Source of the DNA: a virus
DNA length: 64,000 nt
Strand: one strand, 5' to 3'
IMG/VR virus record: IMGVR_UViG_3300030382_003905
Coordinates: 4,399-68,398 of that record
The translations under genes and the position numbers were made by a program. Under the pieces are notes generated by a model that was not told the DNA's origin, ran no database searches, and saw only the letters and a list, made by a program, of their open reading frames with translations. Positions 31,675 through 41,800 of the stretch are shown in pieces (positions within the stretch are counted from its first letter, which is position 1; every line of letters starts with the position of its first letter).

Positions 31675-32487
31675 ATGGCAGAATATACTTTATCATATAA
31701 TACAGAAAATATAGGATGGCCTTCATTTTATAGTTATAAACCTGATTTTATAATTGGAATGAACAGTTATTTATACACCTTTGACGGAGGTAACCTCTAT
31801 AGGCATAATACAAATGATATAAGAAATCAGTATTATGGATCTTATTATGCCAGCACCATAACAGGGGTGTTAAATACTAAACCTTTAGAAATTAAGCTTT
31901 TTAAAACGATGTCTTACGAGTCAAATACAACTGTTGCTGACACTGGTCAAGCCAGATGGGAGGTAGTTAGTTTGGCTACAGATTTAAGTGAAGGTTCAAT
32001 GCTGACCACTTATTTTGAACAAAAAGAAGGAGAATGGTTTTCATATGTGAGAAACAACGATGACACACTTAATTTTCAATTAAGATCAGCTCACGGAATA
32101 GGAGTATGTACGGTGGTTACTAATCCTTTAACTAACGCTTGTGTTATAGAGTTTAGCCAGCCGCCAGGATATATTATAAGTATAGGAGATTCAGCTTACG
32201 CAACAACCACTTCTGTCCCACCAGCTGTTTCTCCAGTTCCAGATTTAATTGGCGAGGTAACAGGCGTTAATAATACTACTGTTCCTTATAGCATAACTAT
32301 AGATAATGATAATACTCCCGCGACTCCAGCTCCTGTTGTAGGTGAATTAATTATGTATTATAAAAACCCTGTAGCAGAAAGCTCAGGAGCGAGAGGATAT
32401 TATATGGAATATAAACTGAGTAATTCATCAACCTCACCTGTAGAATTGTTTTCTGTATCAGGAAGTGTGATGAAAAGTTTTCCATAG
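31675..32487 (+). CDS. tail protein, probably the separated C-terminal part of the nozzle
   Basis: MAEYTLSY..GWPSFYSYKPD, KLFKTMSYES, QKEGEWFSY, RGYYMEYKL; ATG 31675 preferred. Confidence 0.6.
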   Translation: MAEYTLSYNTENIGWPSFYSYKPDFIIGMNSYLYTFDGGNLYRHNTNDIRNQYYGSYYASTITGVLNTKPLEIKLFKTMSYESNTTVADTGQARWEVVSLATDLSEGSMLTTYFEQKEGEWFSYVRNNDDTLNFQLRSAHGIGVCTVVTNPLTNACVIEFSQPPGYIISIGDSAYATTTSVPPAVSPVPDLIGEVTGVNNTTVPYSITIDNDNTPATPAPVVGELIMYYKNPVAESSGARGYYMEYKLSNSSTSPVELFSVSGSVMKSFP

Positions 32488-32517
32488 TTTTTTGTATCTT
32501 TGTCCATATTAAATTAA

Positions 32518-33051
32518 ATGAACAAGAAAGAGAGTCTAATTGCTAAAAAAGTTTTAGGGGAAATAGCAAATAAGAGAGGTGTAATGTGGGATAAAATTTC
32601 ACATTTTAAACAACAGTTAAATAAAATTGAAGGAGTATTAACTCATAAGGCAGGTGAAGAACAAAGTGCAGGTTTAAAAAAAGCCGCTCCCTTAAAGCAT
32701 AATTTTGAAGGAGGGTTATATACCAGAACAATGTTTATGCCAAAGGGGTCTATAATAGTAAGTATGATACATAGACAGCAACATCCTTCTTTTTTATTAA
32801 AAGGAGAATTATCATATCTTACTGATGAAGGAGAGGTGAAAAGAATAAAAGCTCCACATACGGTGTTCACTCAAGAAGGGACTCAAAGAGTCTTTTATGT
32901 GCATCAAGAAAGTATATGGACATGTGTATACAAAACAGACGCTACTACAGTAGAGGGTGCAGAGTTAGACATATATGCGGATGAATATGTGGAATTACCA
33001 CAAGAATTAATAAATAAAACTAAAAAATTATGGCAGGAACAGCCGCAATAG
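32518..33051 (+). CDS. cupin-like protein
   Basis: HNFEGGLYTRTMFMPKG..SMIHRQQH..LLKG..APHTVFT cupin pattern; TATCTTTG at ~32495. Confidence 0.7.
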   Translation: MNKKESLIAKKVLGEIANKRGVMWDKISHFKQQLNKIEGVLTHKAGEEQSAGLKKAAPLKHNFEGGLYTRTMFMPKGSIIVSMIHRQQHPSFLLKGELSYLTDEGEVKRIKAPHTVFTQEGTQRVFYVHQESIWTCVYKTDATTVEGAELDIYADEYVELPQELINKTKKLWQEQPQ

Positions 33052-33806
33052 TATTAGCTGCAGTAGCAGCAGTAGCCGCTTTAACAGGGGCGGGAATGTC
33101 TTTTGGTCAAGCTGCAAAACAAAGAAAAGCAGCCCAAAGAGCAGCGGATAAATCAGCAGCAATGATGAGGGAAGCTGAAAAAAAACTTAAAATGAATATG
33201 TATGAAGGGTTAAACGTCCCTTTAGACGCCTATGAAAAGCAAAGAGAAATGAGTGTTTTAGGATCTCAAACTGCCATGCAAGCTCTTCAAGAAGGAGATC
33301 CACGAAATCTGGCTGCAGGAGTAGGAGCAGTAGGTCAAGTGGCTTCACTGGCAGATGAGAAGATGCGAATAGGTTTAGCTGAAGATTTATATAAAAACAG
33401 AGAGATGAAGGCTGATAAAAGAGCGGCTATACAAGAGCAGTTAGTTAATATGCATTTAGGGCAAGCAAAGCAATTTAAACAAGAAGAGCAAGACGCTACA
33501 GAAGCAGCTAATGCGGCAGTGATAGCTGGAGTTCAAGGTATAGGGGAGGCGGCTTCAATTGGAGCTTCAGCAACACCGTTATTTGGTAAGGGAAAAACCA
33601 ATAAACAAATAGCCGACATATCAACAAGCCTTAAAACTCGAGGTAGTTTTAAGGATTATGATGAAAGTCAAATTAGATCTATAATAAGTAAAGGAGCTTC
33701 ACCTAACCAGATTGCTGCTTACACTAAAGACCCTTCCACTATCCCTGATTGGATGAAAGGTTTATTTCCAGACATAGAGTGGGGAGTTGAAGTAACAGAT
33801 AATTAG
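33030..33806 (+). CDS. internal virion (ejection) protein 1
   Basis: A/G-rich hydrophobic N-terminus followed by coiled coil. Confidence 0.6.
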   Translation: MAGTAAIVLAAVAAVAALTGAGMSFGQAAKQRKAAQRAADKSAAMMREAEKKLKMNMYEGLNVPLDAYEKQREMSVLGSQTAMQALQEGDPRNLAAGVGAVGQVASLADEKMRIGLAEDLYKNREMKADKRAAIQEQLVNMHLGQAKQFKQEEQDATEAANAAVIAGVQGIGEAASIGASATPLFGKGKTNKQIADISTSLKTRGSFKDYDESQIRSIISKGASPNQIAAYTKDPSTIPDWMKGLFPDIEWGVEVTDN

Positions 33807-33818
33807 TACCGAATAAAT

Positions 33819-35825
33819 ATGTCAAGAACAGTATCAGATTTTGATTTAACGCCACAAAGAGGAGAAAATGCCCAAATAAATTGGGGGCAGGTGGCTACAG
33901 ATTTTAGCTCAAAAATACGAGCCGAAATTACTAAAAGGGAAGCTCGTAAAAAAGCTATCGCTGATGATTATGCAAAACAAGCAGAGAAGTTATCAGAAAT
34001 TCCTGAATCAGAAGATTTCACTATACAAGCTCAATTAGTGAAGGCTTCTCAAGCTTCTATGCGTGAGCTATCAGACAGGTATGATTTAGTCAAAAGCGGT
34101 TTATTATCTCCAGAGGATTTTACTTTATTTCAAACAAATCAAAAAGCAGACTACAAAACAACTTCTATACTTATGAAGGGTCTGGGTAAATGGGCGGTAG
34201 ATACAAGAGGAAGTATAGAAAATCAAACCGCTACAAACCAAACTATATTTATATATGATTATTTAACAAAATATGCAGGATTAAACGGGGTTGAGATAAC
34301 TACAGGAAAAGACGGAAGGATAGTTTACAAAACCAAAAAAAATCTGATGACAACGGAAGAGGCTAAAAGGATATTAGCTGAACAACGAACAGCTAAGGAA
34401 GGAGAGGTTGTTCTTCCAGGAGCTATTTCTGATAAGGATGCTAAAGCTTATGTAAAGGCGAATCCAATTTATGGGGATGAGTTTAGTGATGATAGAGGTG
34501 ATACTATAGGAGTTCAAGACTTATATAACTTATTTAATTATAGAGGTGACCCAGGGGTAGTAGTAGATACCACGGGTGCAATAAAAGAACAGGTAGATGT
34601 GATGGGTCAATATATTAGAAGTTATTTTGATGATGTCACAGGTGTAACTACAACCATAAATGATTTTAGAAATGCTCCAGGCACTACGGACAAGAAACCA
34701 GGAGGTGCTTACAGAGAGTCATTACAGATTCTGCAAGATAAGCTGGCTACATCCGAAGGTGAAATCGTACAGGTGCTAACTAATTTAGGAGGATATCAAT
34801 TAGCTCTAAGCGCTCAAGACGCTAAAAACAAGTATGGAGATGATGTAGATTTAAGCAAAATAATTTATATGAATTATGATAATGGTGTGGTAACCTATAC
34901 TAATATGGAGGGGAAAAAAGCGATAGCTGATAGTGTTCTTGATAGCGAGTTTAATAGACAATTAGATAGTTCAGTAACAAAATCAGCTCCTAACACTCCT
35001 TTCTTAAACTACATTAAAGGAGAAGGGAAGAAAGCAGAAAAATTAACTTCTTACGTAAGCGCTGTAGAAAAAATGCTTACAACTAATGATACAGAAGAGT
35101 TTAACACTCAAGCTCGTTTATTAATTCAAAGAATAAATGCTGGAGGCACATTAGGAGACAATAAATTAAACAGGATTATTCGTGAAGGAGATAGCTATGT
35201 ATTAGAGTTTATGGATGCAGATGGTGAGTTCTATAGAGAAACCCCTATAACCTTCAACAAAGGAGACAGCACTAAGGCGATGCATGAAGCTTTATTCGCG
35301 CTTATAACACCTGATGCTGATCTAAACTTTGATGCATATTCAGGAGCTATAACAGACTTTGGTGATCTTGCTAATATAAATATAGATTATGAAAGAGCAA
35401 GAACACGCCCAGCTGTTAGGAGCTTTAATGATGCTGTAATGGTAGGGAAAGACAATAGCCTGGTCAGCACTATAGATTTCTTGAAACAGAAGTATAACCG
35501 TAACGTAAGGAGGGGAGACATGGAAGGTCTTCCTGGAACAATTTCGTCAATCTTCCAATCCCTGCTTATGGATACAAGGTTAGAAAAACAGATAGTCGTT
35601 GAGTTTAAAAAGACAGGCGGGGGAGATGAAGACGGAGTGAAAGTTATAATTGGAGGTGTAGATTATACTGATGCCTTTAACTGGACAAACGACGGTGGTA
35701 TGGAAGAAGGCGGGGGCGGTATTAATGTTAACAAACTTAATGCAGCGATTCATAAGATTTATAAACAAGCTGTTTCAGGAGGAGATGTTAGTGTAGATGA
35801 CCCTAAGGGAGAGTTAGATGATTAA
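33819..35825 (+). CDS. internal virion (ejection) protein 2
   Basis: 668-aa helical protein between the other two internal protein genes. Confidence 0.55.
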   Translation: MSRTVSDFDLTPQRGENAQINWGQVATDFSSKIRAEITKREARKKAIADDYAKQAEKLSEIPESEDFTIQAQLVKASQASMRELSDRYDLVKSGLLSPEDFTLFQTNQKADYKTTSILMKGLGKWAVDTRGSIENQTATNQTIFIYDYLTKYAGLNGVEITTGKDGRIVYKTKKNLMTTEEAKRILAEQRTAKEGEVVLPGAISDKDAKAYVKANPIYGDEFSDDRGDTIGVQDLYNLFNYRGDPGVVVDTTGAIKEQVDVMGQYIRSYFDDVTGVTTTINDFRNAPGTTDKKPGGAYRESLQILQDKLATSEGEIVQVLTNLGGYQLALSAQDAKNKYGDDVDLSKIIYMNYDNGVVTYTNMEGKKAIADSVLDSEFNRQLDSSVTKSAPNTPFLNYIKGEGKKAEKLTSYVSAVEKMLTTNDTEEFNTQARLLIQRINAGGTLGDNKLNRIIREGDSYVLEFMDADGEFYRETPITFNKGDSTKAMHEALFALITPDADLNFDAYSGAITDFGDLANINIDYERARTRPAVRSFNDAVMVGKDNSLVSTIDFLKQKYNRNVRRGDMEGLPGTISSIFQSLLMDTRLEKQIVVEFKKTGGGDEDGVKVIIGGVDYTDAFNWTNDGGMEEGGGGINVNKLNAAIHKIYKQAVSGGDVSVDDPKGELDD

Positions 35826-35833
35826 ATTAGTTT

Positions 35834-38800
35834 ATGGAAAAATTAACTAAATTATATAGTGTTTTAAAAAGAGACGGTTTTTATACTAAATCTTTAGATG
35901 AGTTTATAAAACAATTTGAAGACCCTACTTATCAAGATAAAGTATTTAATCTTGTAACTCGAGAGCGACTATTTACTAAAAGCAAAGAAGAGTTTTTAGA
36001 CGCTTATAGCGTAAAAAAAAAAGACGCTACGGTATTTCCTTCGGAAACTGGTTCTTCGGACTCGTCAGAAACTAATGAAATTCCTGAGGCAACTGAAACC
36101 TTTGAGGTTGAGGGCCAAGAAGTTTCTCGCGATGAGTTTATAGCAGAAGAAGATAGGCAGCAAAAAATCCCAGGGATAAACCTTGACCCTTTTCACAGAC
36201 CTAATCAATATAGCGGATCTACTCGACAAGTCAATGTGGCTTACGAACCCCGAGAGAGTGGGAATTTAGAAACCATTTTAGTCCCTACAGGTGCATCAAA
36301 GTTTGAAGAAGCTTTATCCACTATAAACGCCTATCAAATAGATGTAGAAGAAGAAGAAGCAGAAGCTCGTTTAAACTATTTGTTTAATGATTTTGGTTTT
36401 ACTTTTGAACAAGGGGGAGGCACTATCCTTCAAGGATTTGATTCAATTACTGTTACTGCGCCTAATGGGAAATCTAAAGCTTTTAATCTTGATCCTGTAA
36501 TGGGGGATATATTTTCAGGAGAAACCAGTGTTGCAAACGAAATGAGACAATGGATGAGAGCGAATCAAACACAGGAGTCTCGAGAAAAAAATATTATTCT
36601 TTCTAACGATGAGCAGTATAGAATTTTTTATTCTATGCAGGGGGTACAGGAAGCTGTAAATGCTTTGCAAGAAGATGAAAACAACTTTAAAGAAAGACAG
36701 GCCGACTTTCTTACTCAGCGTAATGAATGGATGCAGAAGCAAGAGTTTTATAATACGGTAGACCCAAATAGCTACCAAGCTCTGGAATTTAAAGATGAAT
36801 ATTTAGCACATAAAGAAAAAGGAAAACAAATAGACGCTCTTAAGGATGACTTAATGCTGGATATTCAACACTTTAAGCAATATAGCGATGTTCTTCTTAC
36901 CCAAGCTGGAAAATATGTAGACTATAAAAGCCAAAAATCAGGTGGTTGGGAATTTTATCCAAAACAAATCTGGAATGCTATGATGAATACAGTGGGAGGA
37001 ATAGTATCCACAGTAGCAGGGGCGGCTATAGATGTTGCCGCAGAAGGTTTGGAGATTTTTGGCTTCGGGGTATTCCCAGGAGTCTCAGATTTTCAGGAAT
37101 TTTTAGGGTTTGATAACACCATGGGGCAAAGTCAAGAAGATTTTCAGCAAGACTATTTAAATGTGTTAGAAAACACCAGACCCGAAATATACCAAAACAT
37201 AATTGCTAAATATCCAGGGATAAGGGATGGTAAGATAGAAGACTTTAGTCAAGTAAGAGAGTTTACAAAAAAACTAATGGGAACGGTATCCAGGATAAAA
37301 AACCAAGAAGGGCAGGAGGAGACAGAAGCTTTGTTAGGGAAGGACAGTAGCGGAATTACAGAGGAAGAAGAGATTGCAGAATTAGCTCGAGACCAACATA
37401 TAAAAAGAATTAAAGATATAGTTAAAGGAAGACCTGCATCAGCTAAAGATAAAGATGGGAATCTAATTGGATATGAAGCAAAAAACTGGACGGGACTACG
37501 AAATATATTTACAGACTATTTAGGATTTAGCGATGTATCTGAAGAGGCTGATATGGCGGTGAGAAGTAGAGGTGGATTTGCGGCATTTATATGGAAAGGG
37601 ATATTAGGAGGTATGGAAAGCCTACCTGCATTAGTAGCATTTGGAAGAAAGGGTGTAATGAAAAAACCTAAGAAGTCTTTGAATGCTTTGCAGAAAATGG
37701 CGGCTAATACAAAAGCATATTTACTTTCTCCTCACGGTATGCAAAGATCTTTGCAAATGTCAGGATTTATTGCTGATGGTATAAATAAAGAAATGGAAAA
37801 CAATCCAGCATTTGCCTACGTCTCAGAACAACAAAAGAAAAACATCTTACTCCCTATTGCAGTAACCAGTTCAATTTTAGAGGTAGCAGGTTTTAGGAAT
37901 TTAGAAACAGGAACAAACTTTACAGGAGCTGCTTTAAAAATGGCTTTAGGGCAAACCACAAGAAAAACAACAGCTAAGGAATTTACTCAAATTGTAAGTG
38001 ATGTAGTAACTAATCCTTGGAAAAAAGGAGCATTAAGAATTTTAGGAGCAGCAACTGCTGAATTTGAGACAGGACTCTTACAACAGTTAACTGAATTTGA
38101 AATTAAAAGACTTTATGATTTAGTAAACAATGATGAGTTTAACACTCCTGTAATGTGGAGTAAAGAGTATGGAGGAAAAGTATTAGAAGCAGGATTATTA
38201 GAAGCTATTGGGGGTGCAGCTTTAGGTTCAATTGCAGCAATGCATGAGGCGGCTACCAGTGACAACTTACAGAGCATTAGCAATGATATGTTTGAATTAT
38301 TTAATAGTATAGTAGATGATAAGAATTTTAAAACCATGTATGTTGCTGACTTAAAACAACAAGTTATTACAGGAGAAAGAACACAAGAAGAAGCTGATGT
38401 GTTACTCTATCAGTTTAATCAATTAGCAGGGATTAAAGGTCAGATACCATCCGATATGAATGCGGATAATAAGAAAAAAGCTATAGCACTGCTTTTAAGA
38501 AAACAGGAGTTAGAAAATCAGGTAGAAGGAAAAGACGAGTCTTTAACGCGTAAGCAAAGAGATGAAATAAAAGCTATTGATAATGAAATGGCTAAACTTT
38601 CTGAAGAAAGCATTGAAGACATAGGGGATCTGGAGAAGGGAAGAAAAGGAATAAAAGTAGAGGTTACTGAAGAAGATGCAATAGAAGAACTTAAGCAAGA
38701 AGGGGTGGAAAATCCATCTCCAAAACAAATAAAAGAAAAACAAGATGCCATTTATAAGCGAAGCACAGAGACGCTGGATGCACAAGAATCTACCGAAGAT

Positions 38801-41800
38801 AGCGGCCAGGTGGGAGAAGGCGTATCCCAGCAAGAACCTTCCCAAGAGGGCGAGACCGAAGTCGAGACTGAAGACGGGGCGAAGACCCAGGAGGAAGTAG
38901 ATTTAGATAGAGAAGCGCAAGAAGACGCAGATTTAGAAGAAGTTCTGGGTGACACTAATCAAACAGAAGAAGAGGTTGGTGATAATCTATTTAGAAACAC
39001 TAAAGGAAAAACTATAGACGATACTCAGAATCGTAAAGAAAAAAACACTATATACAGACGAGCTAAAAGAGGAGCTAAGTTTATAAGAAAACTTCTCCCT
39101 GGAGTGTCTATCACTTTATATGACGATAACGATGTATATAACAAAGCGGCTGGTCGTGAAAAAGGATTTAGTGAACCAGGGACATATGATCCAGGGTCTC
39201 GTAAAATAATGATTAACGTATCAGTGGCAGCTAAACTGGGAAGAACAGCTGTGATAGCTCATGAAATAGGTCACGCTGTTCTTGTAGAAACCTTAAAAAA
39301 AGCTGGGGAAAACTCAGTGATGGCAAGGAAAGTTGCTCGTAGATTAATGGAGGCAGTATATAAATCAGCCTACCTTTCTAAAGCAGATAAAGCAAAGATA
39401 GAGGCATTTATAGATGCTGGTAAATACGAAGAAAATATAAGAGATGAAGAGCGTTTTGCAGAGGTGGTTAAAATAATAGCCACACACTTTAACAACTTTA
39501 GTCCAGCCAATAAATCCAAAATCAGAAGATTATTAGATAAATTAATAGATGCTCTTCCCAACAAAGTTAAAGCCGCTTTAAACAGGTTAGGTTTTGATGT
39601 TATGACCGCTACAGATAATGAGATAATTCAATTCTTACAAACTATAGGATCAAAAATAGGAGCAGGAGTAGAGGCAGAAGCAAAAGACGTAAAGGTTTTA
39701 AAGAAAATAGTAAAAGAAGAAAAGGCTGACACTAAGGCTAAAACAAAGCCTAAAACAAAGCCTAAAAAACCGAAGAGTGAAGTAAAAGAAAAAGAAAAGG
39801 CTGACACTAAGCCTAAAAGAAAGCCTAAAAAACGTAAGAATGAGAGGCCTTACAATCAGCCTAAATGGCAGAAATTAGATTTAATAGAGAAAGGGGTTCT
39901 ATTTTTCGCTATTGAAGATTTGGAAAAAAGAATAGCTCTGATAAAACAAAGGTTAGCGGCAGATTTAAGGTCGTTGGAGAAGGGAATCTGGCCAATGCAA
40001 GATTTTGGAATATACAAGAACGAAGCAGAGTTAAGGGAATATGCCCGAGAGCTTATTCGTGAACACAAAGCTGCACTAGCTGAGCTAAAAAAAGGAATTC
40101 TTCCAAAATCAAAAGCTGCGAAGAAAATGGCATTTCAACCACGAGAATGGGGGGAGAAAAAAACGACAGAAGGAGGTTGGAGTAGAAGGTCTAATAAATT
40201 ATACAATGCCTATTTAGCTAAATGGGAGGCTAAACAACTGGCTAACGAGAAAGTTAAAAACAAGCAAGCTAAAAAAAGTTTAGCAAGAAGAAGGCTGGAG
40301 TTAGGGGAGGAGTATCAAATGAGAGGAGACTATATAAACAATCTAAACTTTGACTTACAGCAATTAGAAAAAAAGGCGGCTGAAGTAAACTTATTGGTAA
40401 AGCCTACTTATAATGAAGTCACAGGTCAGCTAAATGGATACCGTTTTACAACTCTGAGTGGAGCACACATTAACCCGATGGAAGTAGAGCAGGGGTGGAA
40501 TAGAAGATCAAATAGAATTGCAGACGGAGCAGACGGAGAGAATTTAATTAAGGCAGGAAACAATATACTTGAAATAGTGAAGATAGCTATTGATAATGGT
40601 TTTACCAACGACACTATAAAAAGATATTTAAAAAGAAAAAATTATAGTACAACAGAAATCAATGAAGCTCTTAAAATAACTACACAGGGAATATTTGAAA
40701 CCCTTCCTAAGAGTTTTGCTAATCTTCCAGGAGGGATAAAATCTGGACTCACATTAATGATGAAGATTAGTAGTAAATATATTCAGCTCACTGACACTAA
40801 CAGGAAGAGTAAAGATTACAATGAGAAGTTAGAAAAGAAAGCGGCTAAAGGAAAGGCAGAATCCACGTGGTATCTTAAGTTAAGAGAAGTGAAAGATGAC
40901 ACCCAAATAATGAATGAAGTGGTGGAGTATGCAAGAACCCTGCCAGAGTATAAAAGCGCAGGGTATAATACTTCCTTAGCTCTTCTTATTGAGCGTGATG
41001 TAATGCTGGCCTTAAACCCAACTCCTAATAACTATAGTGCGCCTCAAGTCAGAGCGTTAACTCAAATTCTCAAAGGTAAAGCGTTTGCTCAATTAGAAAT
41101 AAGACAAGCGCAAAAGTTTTTAAGAAACTTTATGAGATCGGTTTTGCCTCGAGATTTATACGGGAAAGGAGAAGTAATAAGCTTAATAGATAAAGTTAAT
41201 GCTATTAAAACCAAAGAAGAACTTCCTGCCGTAGTAAAAGAAGTGTTAGATGTGGTAACCAGAAAAGCTAATAAAAGCTATATGGCTTCCATCTTTAATA
41301 TTCTTAACAGAAAGACAAGAAAAATTGAATCAGGAAGATATAAAGGAAAGATAATAAGTGAAAACATAAGGCAAAGAATTAAAGATATTAATGCAATGAT
41401 AGCTGACCCAGAGTCTGGATTCAAAGCTATCAAAAAAAGAATAAATGAGCTTTATAAAATAAGAGAAGAATTAGAAGCTAAATCCGATACTATGACTGAC
41501 CAAGAAATGCAACAGCTGGATGACATTGCGGTTGCTTTAATTGTCAATAATGCTTTTATGTCGGAGAATGACAGCCCTAATAAAACTCAAGAATTAATAG
41601 AAGCTTTAACTATTTTAAATGAGTTAGAGGTTCAAGGACGTACTGAGTTTCAAACCCAATTAGAAGAAGCGCGGCTACGCTATCGTAAAAACTTTGCTAT
41701 GGCATTTAAAGAAGTTACAGGGCTAACTATTAATTGGAAAGACTTAACTGAGGAGGAGGCTTATAAGGAGGTGACGGAGCGGGAAAAAGGAAATAACACA

